From a virus (lineage: Duplodnaviria > Caudoviricetes): a stretch of 64,000 bases of DNA. The notes below the pieces were generated by a model, which did not search any database, was not told the DNA's origin, and worked only from the letters and a program-made list of their open reading frames with translations. The stretch lies in the IMG/VR virus record IMGVR_UViG_3300028591_000017, positions 29,677 to 93,676 of that record; one strand, written 5' to 3'. A program made the position numbers and the translations under genes. The number at the start of each line of letters is the position of its first letter. Positions within the stretch are counted from its first letter, which is position 1. This document shows, one piece after another, positions 47,660 to 56,050 of this stretch.

Positions 47660-48050
47660 CCTCCGGGGGTCCAACAGTACACAGCCTTGTGTACCAACTT
47701 GGACTCACTCAGAGACTAACTAATTACTTTGCACTGATTTGTGCCTTATTGGCTGTCGTATCAGACCAGGACTGGTGCTGATCGCACAGAAATGAGGTGC
47801 AAAACCAGAGCCACATTCCTCAGTGAAGAATAGTAGCTGAGAAGGAGACTGTCGTCTCAGATTGCTATGCCACGCAGTCTAAAGACTAGGCATAATGACC
47901 GAAAGCCTATAGTAACGAGGTCAAGGAGACTACTCGTCTCGACGTTTAGAGTCTATGCGGTAATTCCGAGTAGCTGCATAGTATTTAACAGCTCGGTAGA
48001 TAGCACAGAGGCTGTGGTGTGCCATGCGAAAGCATGTAATGGCAGTTAGC
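47660..48050 (+). ncRNA. Candidate structured ncRNA/leader at the start of the early arm
   Basis: Many nested helices and hairpins, a GAAA tetraloop, no credible ORF. Confidence 0.5.
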
Positions 48051-48052
48051 TT

Positions 48053-48505
48053 ATGAAATTCTTCGATGAATTTAATGGCATAGTGAGTATCAACGGAAAG
48101 CAATTTCTGAAGGGAATTGCATTCTCAACAGTGAACGAATTCTGGGGATTGGTGAGTAGAGTTAGCTCTGGAAATGAGCCATTAATGATAGATGGAGTGC
48201 AATTCAAGCACCTCACCATATTCACTTATACTGTTGAGGAAATTGGCGTCATGAGGAAAATATTCCCTAATGACCCTGCATTCTGGCCAGAGAACGAGTG
48301 TAGGGGCGTACACTTTGATGTGTCTATAGACGTGGATGGAAGCAAATCTGTTCGCTTCCATGATGGAGGTGATGGATATTGTGGATATCTGACTGACACA
48401 GTCTACTCAGACGGCGAGTCTGGTACGTGGTGGAATCAGTTTGTGTGGGTACCAAACTCTGTATCAGAAGACGAACTAATACAGAGAATTGTAGATGCAT
48501 ATTAA
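48053..48505 (+). CDS. Hypothetical early protein
   Basis: 150-aa ORF on the coding strand. Confidence 0.7.
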   Translation: MKFFDEFNGIVSINGKQFLKGIAFSTVNEFWGLVSRVSSGNEPLMIDGVQFKHLTIFTYTVEEIGVMRKIFPNDPAFWPENECRGVHFDVSIDVDGSKSVRFHDGGDGYCGYLTDTVYSDGESGTWWNQFVWVPNSVSEDELIQRIVDAY

Positions 48506-48525
48506 CCAACAAAAATGGCAAAACA

Positions 48526-48702
48526 ATGAAAAAGAGTGTCATGAGAAACATAGTGCTGGCGATAGCTGTGATATCAGCTTGGTGCGCTGGCGCTATGGCT
48601 GCTTATGCAGCGCTCCACCACGACGGTTTTATGATCGCCGTATCATTGCTGTATGTTTGTGGCGCTATATGCGCAGCATTTGCAGCAAAGGAGTGCAAGT
48701 AA
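48526..48702 (+). CDS. Small two-TM membrane protein
   Basis: ATG at 48526 after an A-rich leader; two hydrophobic helices. Confidence 0.6.
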   Translation: MKKSVMRNIVLAIAVISAWCAGAMAAYAALHHDGFMIAVSLLYVCGAICAAFAAKECK

Positions 48703-48817
48703 CAGCAAACTGAGCTAAGACTCCGAGGTGGCGCTTGGGAACAGAATAGCCATTTTTATTAGCATTTAACAGGTGTGCCAGATACCAAAATAAGTCCCAA
48801 GGGCATGGGCAAATTAA

Positions 48818-49165
48818 ATGGCAGTAGCCAAGTTTAGATTCGTTCCAGCAAAAAGCAGAATTGTGGTGCATGGAGACCTTGAGGTTCCTGCGCACTTCAT
48901 AAAAGAAGTGAACGATAGATTCGATGATGGGTCTATCAAGACACATATACTGCAGATAACACCTGCTGGTGTTCGTGCTGGATTGACAAACGTAATCTAT
49001 GCTCTTGCGAAGAACGAGGGTGTTAGATTTAAGGTTGACGTTAGGGAGGATGAAGGCGTCTTTATCATAGATGCAGCCATATCATCAGAGAATGATGCTG
49101 CAAGAACAGTTGTAATCGGACGTATTACATCCGAGGAAGCGCCAGCGACATACGAGAAGTTGTAA
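48818..49165 (+). CDS. Hypothetical protein
   Basis: 115-aa ORF with A-rich leader. Confidence 0.7.
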   Translation: MAVAKFRFVPAKSRIVVHGDLEVPAHFIKEVNDRFDDGSIKTHILQITPAGVRAGLTNVIYALAKNEGVRFKVDVREDEGVFIIDAAISSENDAARTVVIGRITSEEAPATYEKL

Positions 49166-49214
49166 TATTCATTTACTAGAAGTTGCGCACGACACGGATT
49201 AAGTGTATACTATT

Positions 49215-49448
49215 ATGAAAACACTTAGCTTTGTAAAAGGGATGATAGCTGGAGCTATTATTGCCTATGTTATTGCCAAGATCGCTAACATTAGCTACGC
49301 TGAGAATGAAAAGGCTATAAGAAATAGCCTTGGTGATGCTGCAGATTTCGCAGCATATTATCATGACTCGGGTGACGAGTCAGCCATGGACAGTTGCTTA
49401 AGCAAGAGGAAGCAGGCGTACGATCTAGGATATCATGGCTGGTATTAA
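49215..49448 (+). CDS. Small membrane-anchored protein
   Basis: N-terminal TM 'FVKGMIAGAIIAYVIA'; followed by a terminator. Confidence 0.6.
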   Translation: MKTLSFVKGMIAGAIIAYVIAKIANISYAENEKAIRNSLGDAADFAAYYHDSGDESAMDSCLSKRKQAYDLGYHGWY

Positions 49449-49457
49449 TGTTTTATT

Positions 49458-49491
49458 GAGAGGTATGCAATTTAGCATATCTCTCTTTTTT
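49458..49491 (+). terminator. Intrinsic terminator
   Basis: GAGAGGTATGC-AATTTA-GCATATCTCTC then T6. Confidence 0.85.
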
Positions 49492-49532
49492 ATGTACCCT
49501 ACTATCATCTCTTTTCATGTACCCTACTATCA
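49492..49532 (+). repeat. Direct repeat ATGTACCCTACTATCA x2 (candidate promoter/operator)
   Basis: Exact 16-mers at 49492 and 49517. Confidence 0.7.
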
Positions 49533-49573
49533 CTTGACGAACGTTAAGTATTAATTTTAAATTTTTCAAAAAA

Positions 49574-50212
49574 ATGGCAAACTTAGAGAAAAATTACAAA
49601 CTTAGAGGGGGAGACCTCGAAGTTAAGGTATCAAGCGTAAACGCTACGCTTTGTGAAGTTGGTGACGAGAAAAAGGTCGAGGGTAAGCGCACCAAGTGCG
49701 TTACTCTGTACTACGTATCGCCAGAACTCGAGAAATCTTACGGTAAAACAATTTACGAGGAGGACAACAAGAAGTTCTACACTGCAGCTGTCCATGCCCT
49801 CAATTTAGACCGTAGTATTCGTGAGGAAAAGACCAATGGTCTTGACACCGAATACCTCGAGGAGGTGAGACCTATCGTAGAAGCTCTTCAGCAGGCTAAG
49901 TTCTATGTACACGACATTACGTTCGGAAACGGAATTAAGTTCTGTCGCTACAAAGACATCCTCACTAAAGATGAGGCAAATAAGAAGAGTACACTTAGCG
50001 TATCTGAGCTGAAAACCATACCTTTTGATATGTTGGACAGAGAGAGTCCAACAGGTATCAGAACCATAAACCAGGTCGCTGCAAAAACGACGTACAAAAT
50101 GGTTGATTCGAAGCTGATAGACGAGGACAAAATCCTCGGTGAGGTAAAAAGGTTTGGAGCTCTTCTTGAGGACGCTAAGATTGAAGAGCTGAACAAGTCG
50201 CTCGAAGCGTAA
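49574..50212 (+). CDS. Hypothetical protein, probably monocistronic
   Basis: 212-aa ORF flanked by terminators. Confidence 0.8.
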   Translation: MANLEKNYKLRGGDLEVKVSSVNATLCEVGDEKKVEGKRTKCVTLYYVSPELEKSYGKTIYEEDNKKFYTAAVHALNLDRSIREEKTNGLDTEYLEEVRPIVEALQQAKFYVHDITFGNGIKFCRYKDILTKDEANKKSTLSVSELKTIPFDMLDRESPTGIRTINQVAAKTTYKMVDSKLIDEDKILGEVKRFGALLEDAKIEELNKSLEA

Positions 50213-50221
50213 GTGATAACC

Positions 50222-50251
50222 AGAGCCCTCCGTTGTGGGGGCTTTGGTTTT
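50222..50251 (+). terminator. Intrinsic terminator
   Basis: AGAGCCCTC-N6-GGGGGCTTT followed by GGTTTT. Confidence 0.75.
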
Positions 50252-50414
50252 AACATCAAAACTATCACGGCAAATATTTACATTTTTAAATTAGTAATCA
50301 ACTTTTAAGAATTTAAGGCATAAAAGCATAAAAATGTTGTGATTTTTAGGTGGAAATGGAGGGAAGACCCCCCCCTTCAACCAAAAGCGCATAATTCAAA
50401 CTATCTAATAAAAA

Positions 50415-50724
50415 GATGAGCATAAACTCATAATACAAAATACGAACCGAATGGGTTTGTATTTACAATTGGCTCTTTAGAGCAACTCCTCGTCAACTCT
50501 GCATAACAGAAGTACGAGCACTCCGAACTTGCAATTTATGACGGCCTATAAATCCGAGAGCGAAAAGCGAAGCAAGTCAGAGGTTTTAATCGTAATGAAA
50601 GTTACGTTCCACCATTGTCAGTAGGGGTGTGTGGGTAATCGGCTAAAGGAACTGTCTGTATGAATGCGTGACGAACATTTATGCACAACGATATGTCTGG
50701 CGGCTCGGAAAGACGAGCTTTTTT
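50415..50724 (+). ncRNA. Candidate structured ncRNA ending in a GCTCG-GAAAGA-CGAGC-T6 hairpin
   Basis: Multiple hairpins including CGTAAT-GAAA-GTTACG; no ORF; terminator-like end. Confidence 0.5.
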
Positions 50725-50758
50725 ATTAAATTTAAACATTCACAAAAATAATACCAAA

Positions 50759-51169
50759 ATGAAAACATTAAGAATCAAAACCGTAATAGCACTGTGCGCG
50801 ATAGTGCTGTTATGCTACATGTCATTATTCGCGCCAGAGATGTATTTCTGGATCTCTACAGGCATAACATTGCCAACATTCATGGTATGTGCACTCCTCA
50901 ACCAGAAAGAGGATGGTATCACACAGCCATTCGACAAGATGGCCAGACTCTTTATGGGGTTGGCAGCCACGTTGTTCTGCTGCCTAATTGCAACGCTATT
51001 AACATTTATAATCATAGCAGCAATATGCGGATACGTCCTACCAGATACAACAATGTATCTATTTATGGCCGATGCGACGTGTTTCGCAATAGGCTTGTTC
51101 ATGGCATTCATACATATGGAAATTGAACGTCATGAGGACTTAGACGAAGAGGACAAAGACAAATTATAA
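50759..51169 (+). CDS. Four-TM membrane protein
   Basis: ATG at 50759; four hydrophobic segments and an acidic tail. Confidence 0.7.
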   Translation: MKTLRIKTVIALCAIVLLCYMSLFAPEMYFWISTGITLPTFMVCALLNQKEDGITQPFDKMARLFMGLAATLFCCLIATLLTFIIIAAICGYVLPDTTMYLFMADATCFAIGLFMAFIHMEIERHEDLDEEDKDKL

Positions 51170-51201
51170 TCAAAACAATCACAAACAAAAACAGTAAACA
51201 G

Positions 51202-51588
51202 ATGGTAGAGATGGAACAGATCGGTGCTGGTGTAAGCACCAAATTAGTAATCCCAGATCAAAACAGATTTGTTCTGATAGTGTCAATATGCCTTTCGGTA
51301 AGAAAGGAGATATTCGATCTCTATTGGAAAAAGTTATCAATGAAGCCAGGCTTTCTGGCACAGTTGCAAATCACAAATGTCTTCGCAAAGACATCGAAGA
51401 ATAAGAGAAATCATTATCTTCAGGTTGTGTATCGTAGGGAAGAGTCATCAACGCTTCCAATTAGCTACATACAATTCTACGTTGACAGATGCAAACGTAG
51501 AACATATGAGACATTCAAGTATCTCCTCGAAGAGGAGTACAAAATGCAATTGCCAGAACAAGTACACATAGAACCATTAGAGCCATGA
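51202..51588 (+). CDS. Hypothetical protein
   Basis: 128-aa ORF; stop overlaps next start (ATGA). Confidence 0.65.
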   Translation: MVEMEQIGAGVSTKLVIPDQNRFVLIVSICLSVRKEIFDLYWKKLSMKPGFLAQLQITNVFAKTSKNKRNHYLQVVYRREESSTLPISYIQFYVDRCKRRTYETFKYLLEEEYKMQLPEQVHIEPLEP

Positions 51589-51860
51589 CAAGAATAGTAA
51601 CATTCATTCTAATCATAGCTTGCATATGTGTAGGCTATGCGTTTGGCATATACAAGAGCCATCAAGAATTCGAGAAACCAAAGGCAGATACAATATACTT
51701 GGAGATGCCATTGGATAAATACTATGACGAAGAACCATATGTCTTAAGGGACAGCAACTTCGCCATAATATGCTTAATTCAAGATGGCATTGAGTATTGG
51801 CCTAACCAAAAACACACAAACACAAGGACGCACACCAAGCGCCCAGTAATCAACAAATAG
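51585..51860 (+). CDS. Small membrane-anchored protein
   Basis: N-terminal TM segment. Confidence 0.6.
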   Translation: MTRIVTFILIIACICVGYAFGIYKSHQEFEKPKADTIYLEMPLDKYYDEEPYVLRDSNFAIICLIQDGIEYWPNQKHTNTRTHTKRPVINK

Positions 51861-51867
51861 TTAAACC

Positions 51868-52452
51868 ATGAAAAGAACGGTACAAAGCCCATTTTCCTTA
51901 AAAAAAGAAGCATGGAAGAATGGGGCAAAACTCAAGACACGCGATGGTAAAGACGCCAGAATATTGGCGACAGATATAAAGGGCCCTAGACCTATTGCCG
52001 CTGCGTTATACTACGAGGAAGATGACGAAGAGCTCGTGTATTACTACACAGAGGATGGCTTTTTTAAAAGCCGCCAAGAAGAGTCGCATCTTGATCTCGT
52101 GATTGTAGAGGAAAAGGAAGAATTACCAAATTGGGAAGAAGTGATAAATGAGCTACGTAAAACTTCAACAATGTCAAAGGGTTTTCTCTTCGGCTCACTC
52201 ACAGAGTCTGAAGAATTTGAGGCATTTTATAAACTCATTCAGCTTCGTAAGGCGTGGATTGGAGACTGGAATCCAAAACCAAAAAACGAAACCCAGCTCT
52301 CTCTGTGTGTAATCGTAAATATCGATAATGAGATTGTAGCACGCAACAATTGGAATACTTATAGGATTCTCTCATTCCCAACTATAGAAATGAGAGATGA
52401 GTTCCTCAAGAGATTCGAAGACCTAATCCAAAAGGCGAAGGATCTTATATAA
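51868..52452 (+). CDS. Hypothetical protein of a Bacteroidota-phage family (TRDG..ARI motif)
   Basis: 'LKTRDGKDARILATD...YYYTEDG...DL' plus C-terminal 'LSFPT.EMRDEFL'. Confidence 0.7.
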   Translation: MKRTVQSPFSLKKEAWKNGAKLKTRDGKDARILATDIKGPRPIAAALYYEEDDEELVYYYTEDGFFKSRQEESHLDLVIVEEKEELPNWEEVINELRKTSTMSKGFLFGSLTESEEFEAFYKLIQLRKAWIGDWNPKPKNETQLSLCVIVNIDNEIVARNNWNTYRILSFPTIEMRDEFLKRFEDLIQKAKDLI

Positions 52453-52487
52453 ATACAAAGTAATCAACAAATAAAACAGCAAACAGT

Positions 52488-52913
52488 ATGATAGAAATTA
52501 AGTTTAACAGACAAACAAAGGAGCCAGTATGGTTCCTTGAGAGAAATAATAAGATCGTATCCTTTGACTCAGAAGGAGGATGCGAGGAGTTGGAGATGCC
52601 GTCAGGAGAGACGTGGAAAGACATTCTCGTGCCATGCAGTGAGAAGAAATTCCCATGTCAAGACTATCTGGACGTGACAAATCCTGAAAAGGAGATCGTC
52701 GAGCTTATGCTCGAGGAAATCGGATTCGACATGGAGAAATTCATGCCAACCATTAAGATTGACACTGTGTCAGTAACGGCTCAATCAGTCACATCTCCAA
52801 CAGGTGGCAAGTACATCGAGTTCAGTGCAAAGCTTCCACGCACAGCGTTGCATTCATTTGTGACTATGTGTAACTGGATTATGATCCAGATAGAGAATGA
52901 ATTGTCAAATTAG
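52488..52913 (+). CDS. Hypothetical protein
   Basis: 141-aa ORF preceded by AGTAATCAACAA. Confidence 0.7.
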   Translation: MIEIKFNRQTKEPVWFLERNNKIVSFDSEGGCEELEMPSGETWKDILVPCSEKKFPCQDYLDVTNPEKEIVELMLEEIGFDMEKFMPTIKIDTVSVTAQSVTSPTGGKYIEFSAKLPRTALHSFVTMCNWIMIQIENELSN

Positions 52914-52939
52914 TAATCAACAAACAAAGTAATCAACAA

Positions 52940-53044
52940 ATGGAAGTAAGAATTAACGGAGTAAAATACCTCAAGGTATTCTCAACAAAGAAGCCTGTAA
53001 GACGTCATTTTACAATTGAAAATGGCGTAGAGAAAACATTGTAG
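52940..53044 (+). CDS. 34-aa small protein MEVRINGVKYLKVFSTKKPVRRHFTIENGVEKTL (below ORF-track cutoff)
   Basis: Directly after a doubled AGTAATCAACAA motif and before a strong hairpin. Confidence 0.55.
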   Translation: MEVRINGVKYLKVFSTKKPVRRHFTIENGVEKTL

Positions 53045-53056
53045 AACAAAAAATAT

Positions 53057-53090
53057 GGGTCTGCACAGCAATGTGCAGGCCTGTATTATT
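53057..53090 (+). terminator. Stable hairpin/terminator with GCAA loop
   Basis: GGGTCTGCACA-GCAA-TGTGCAGGCCT. Confidence 0.7.
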
Positions 53091-53123
53091 CAATAAAACC
53101 ATCACGAAAGTAATCAACAAACG

Positions 53124-53540
53124 ATGAAGGAACCAAAATTTTTATTTCGCGAAGCATTTGTGCTCGCAAGGAGAAGCAAAAACGAAAAAAGAAGAAGATG
53201 TAAAATCGTTTTCACAGGAGAAAAATTAGCAACAGTGCAAGAGTTTGGAACCGGCATAAGATTTCTAACAGAAGTAGAAGATATTCGACCAGCAAAGATA
53301 ACGTTAAAAAGCGTAAAAATCCTTGGTCTGGAAGAAGTAAAATGCTCAAATTTCAAAAGATACCATTGCAATCCAGAAAAGGCATGTTTCAGCATAAAGT
53401 CAGGTACAAGGCTCATACTGAATGCGGAGATGGCACCAGAAGGACCAATGTGGCACGTAATTGCAAATAATATCGATGCAACTAAAGTGAACTACATGCA
53501 CGAAGTGCAACTGGTAATAATAAAACTAAACAGACAATGA
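53124..53540 (+). CDS. Paralog 1 of tandem small-protein family
   Basis: 'IRPAKITLK..KILG' ... 'YMHEVQ'. Confidence 0.7.
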   Translation: MKEPKFLFREAFVLARRSKNEKRRRCKIVFTGEKLATVQEFGTGIRFLTEVEDIRPAKITLKSVKILGLEEVKCSNFKRYHCNPEKACFSIKSGTRLILNAEMAPEGPMWHVIANNIDATKVNYMHEVQLVIIKLNRQ

Positions 53541-53968
53541 AAAGAGAAGAGCTATTTGAAGGTGCAATAGTCTTAGCTAAAAGCTGTGTCTACGACAGGA
53601 GATCGAGATGGAAGGTCTTAGAAGTGAGAGATACAATTGTAAAGGTGAAAAAAGACAATATCTCTATGTATACAGGCTTCAAGCACCTAAGACCAGCAAG
53701 TATAACACCAAAAGCGCTAATGGAATTAGGCTTCGAGAAAAAACAAACACCCTGTATTATGTATGGCAAAAGGGAGTCAGACAAAGGAGCCTCCTTCTGC
53801 TACCAGTATGTACACAAGGGGCCAGAAGATGTCAGAATAGCGCTAAAAGGAGAGTGTAAACTTTGGCATCAAAACGTGGTGTTTTACGACCTATGCAATA
53901 TCAGCAAGGTAGAAAAGGTGTCGTATATCCACGAAGTTCAAAAAATCTTAAGTAATCAACAATCATGA
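53537..53968 (+). CDS. Paralog 2 of tandem family
   Basis: 'LRPASITPKALMELGF' ... 'YIHEVQKIL'. Confidence 0.7.
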   Translation: MKREELFEGAIVLAKSCVYDRRSRWKVLEVRDTIVKVKKDNISMYTGFKHLRPASITPKALMELGFEKKQTPCIMYGKRESDKGASFCYQYVHKGPEDVRIALKGECKLWHQNVVFYDLCNISKVEKVSYIHEVQKILSNQQS

Positions 53969-54357
53969 TAAAACCAATAGAACTATTTCCTGGAGCACTG
54001 GTACAATCCAAGCAATATGGAATCATGAAGGTGATTGCAGTTGGATACGAAAAGATAGTGGCAGAAAGCAAATACTTCTACGAGGAAGAATTTTTCCTTG
54101 AGGAAATAAAACCAATCCGACTAACACCAAAGATGGCGAAAAAACTAGGCTTCAGAAGAAAAACGGAGTCATCGCACGAATGGGAGTATTATAAGAGAGG
54201 TAACACGGAGATTTGGTTCCATAAGGGAAGGGCAAACACCGTGTGGTACAATGAAAGGCTGCTACTACCAGTAGAGGTACCAACAGTACACCAATTGCAA
54301 AGGATACTTGCAGAGAAAACCAGAGCAAGAATAGATTTCAGTAAACTAATTAAATAA
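53965..54357 (+). CDS. Paralog 3 of tandem family
   Basis: 'IKPIRLTPKMAKKLGF' ... 'TVHQLQRIL'. Confidence 0.7.
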   Translation: MIKPIELFPGALVQSKQYGIMKVIAVGYEKIVAESKYFYEEEFFLEEIKPIRLTPKMAKKLGFRRKTESSHEWEYYKRGNTEIWFHKGRANTVWYNERLLLPVEVPTVHQLQRILAEKTRARIDFSKLIK

Positions 54358-54366
54358 CCTTTTCAT

Positions 54367-54864
54367 ATGAAAGAGTATATATGCGTGCTTCCTAACGCGC
54401 CAAAGGATAAATTCCTTATGTCTGAACTCGCAGAAATGGGGTATACCAAAGCGGATGTAGAATGTGACGGAGATGACTTGGTCACCTACCCAAGCACGGA
54501 AGATACTCTATTATGCAAAGGGCATTTCTACAAAACCAACATAGATCAAACAAAGCTACAACAGTACATAAACGAAATAGGAGGACGAGTATGTTATAAA
54601 GACGGCAAGACGGTAGTAATAGCTAAGGATATTGACACATTCTTAGCTGTAGCAGCAAAGTCTACACTAATAGACTATGGTAAGTGGTTTATAGAACAGG
54701 TGCCAACAATGGACCCAGTAACAGGACTATGGAAACGCAAAGACTATGGAAAATGGTTTAGATGCGAAACTAGAGTCTTAAATCCGGTCACAAGTATTCA
54801 CCATAAGGAAGCAAGAGAAGCCACGTTAATCGAAATACTGCAAAAGTGTTTCAAAAACAAGTAA
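54367..54864 (+). CDS. Hypothetical protein
   Basis: 165 aa; 'L.EMGY', internal DYGKWF x2, C-terminal 'REATLIEI'. Confidence 0.7.
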   Translation: MKEYICVLPNAPKDKFLMSELAEMGYTKADVECDGDDLVTYPSTEDTLLCKGHFYKTNIDQTKLQQYINEIGGRVCYKDGKTVVIAKDIDTFLAVAAKSTLIDYGKWFIEQVPTMDPVTGLWKRKDYGKWFRCETRVLNPVTSIHHKEAREATLIEILQKCFKNK

Positions 54865-54868
54865 CAAA

Positions 54869-55291
54869 ATGAGACAAATTCTCGAAAAGTTGGATGCTAT
54901 GATAATGGCATCAACAAAGAAGGAACCAGATTCACTAGATTTGAATCTCCTCAAGATGTTAAAAACAAATCTAGTAAAAAATCAGAAAGAGGAGAAGCCG
55001 GAGTCAGAGCAAGCAGTCTTGCGTAAAATGATGAAAGCAAACCAAAAAGCGGCAGATGAATACCGCAAGGCAGGTAGAGAAGACCTTGCAGAAAAAGAAT
55101 TACAGGAACTTTCAACACTAAAGACAAGCTTTTGTGAGCCAGAAGTAACAGAAACACAGATCAAGACAGTTGTTGATAAGTGCCTGCAGAAGGGAATGAA
55201 ATTGGGTGACATCATGATATGCATTAAGAAAGAACTTCCTGATGCAAACATGGGCCAAGCGTTCCAGATAGTAAAAAACACAAAAATATAA
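54869..55291 (+). CDS. GatB/YqeY-domain protein
   Basis: 'AVLRKMMK...AADEYRKAGREDLAEKELQEL..L' YqeY signature; 'GDIM..IK'. Confidence 0.85.
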   Translation: MRQILEKLDAMIMASTKKEPDSLDLNLLKMLKTNLVKNQKEEKPESEQAVLRKMMKANQKAADEYRKAGREDLAEKELQELSTLKTSFCEPEVTETQIKTVVDKCLQKGMKLGDIMICIKKELPDANMGQAFQIVKNTKI

Positions 55292-55297
55292 CAAACT

Positions 55298-56050
55298 ATG
55301 GCAAAGAAATTGATTAGAACATACGCCTCATTGCAGGCGGCAGCAGAAAATGCAGCAAAGAAAGGAGATGAAGCTTCATTGAACATCTTCCAGAAGGCAG
55401 CAGCAAAGATTAAGGAGCTTGCAACAACCTCACCAAAGGAGCAGCTTCTCTTACCATTTACACCAAATGCCTCAAAAGCTAAGGTGTTCAGGGAAGAGCT
55501 TGTTGACCCACTGTCTACAGAGAGAAAGGTCTTTAAAGAGGCCTCAGATAAACTCTGTGGAATTTTGGGTAACAATCCATCCTCAAATATGCGAGATGCA
55601 ATTGAGGAGTTCTGCATCATGACAGGCTCAGCATCACCAAGAGAGATGTTGAACATGATGTTCAGAAACGGTGAGCAGAGTAAGCTTAAGAAGTTGAAGC
55701 ATTATCTCGACTTCATTGCAAACATGGCACATGGTTCAACACCAGTTATGCCAATTGCAATGATTGAGAAGAACTACATCCCATATTTCATGGGAGCAGA
55801 TATCACCGAGTTTGCAATGAGAATGAACGAAGAGAACACAATCTCAGCAAATTCAGGACGTCTGCGTTCATACTTCGATGAGATGAGCACAATCGAGGCT
55901 GCAAAGAAAGACATCATCAGAAACATCAATCTGGGCATATTGCCACAGGCAGACGATGATGTAATTCTAAAGCTGTCGATGGCAATCGTACCATCAGAGA
56001 GACTAAAATTGATTGAACAATACGAAAAAGAAGGCTATGTTAAGTTTTAA
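55298..56050 (+). CDS. Hypothetical protein (250 aa)
   Basis: Long helical ORF. Confidence 0.75.
   Translation: MAKKLIRTYASLQAAAENAAKKGDEASLNIFQKAAAKIKELATTSPKEQLLLPFTPNASKAKVFREELVDPLSTERKVFKEASDKLCGILGNNPSSNMRDAIEEFCIMTGSASPREMLNMMFRNGEQSKLKKLKHYLDFIANMAHGSTPVMPIAMIEKNYIPYFMGADITEFAMRMNEENTISANSGRLRSYFDEMSTIEAAKKDIIRNINLGILPQADDDVILKLSMAIVPSERLKLIEQYEKEGYVKF

Noticed and set aside
47700-47725. TCAGAGACTA resembling the group I intron R element
   Set aside because: No matching S element (AAGATATAGTC) and no interrupted gene nearby.
47805-47845. HDV-like/theta ribozyme (CAC-ATTCCTCA-GTG); similar TCCTCG cores at ~50486 and ~56845
   Set aside because: I could not build the P1/P2 pairings of the double pseudoknot by eye.
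50293-53962. CRISPR-like array from the AGTAATCAACAA repeats
   Set aside because: The repeat is only 12 nt, spacing is irregular (16 to ~1550 nt) and the intervening sequences are whole genes.
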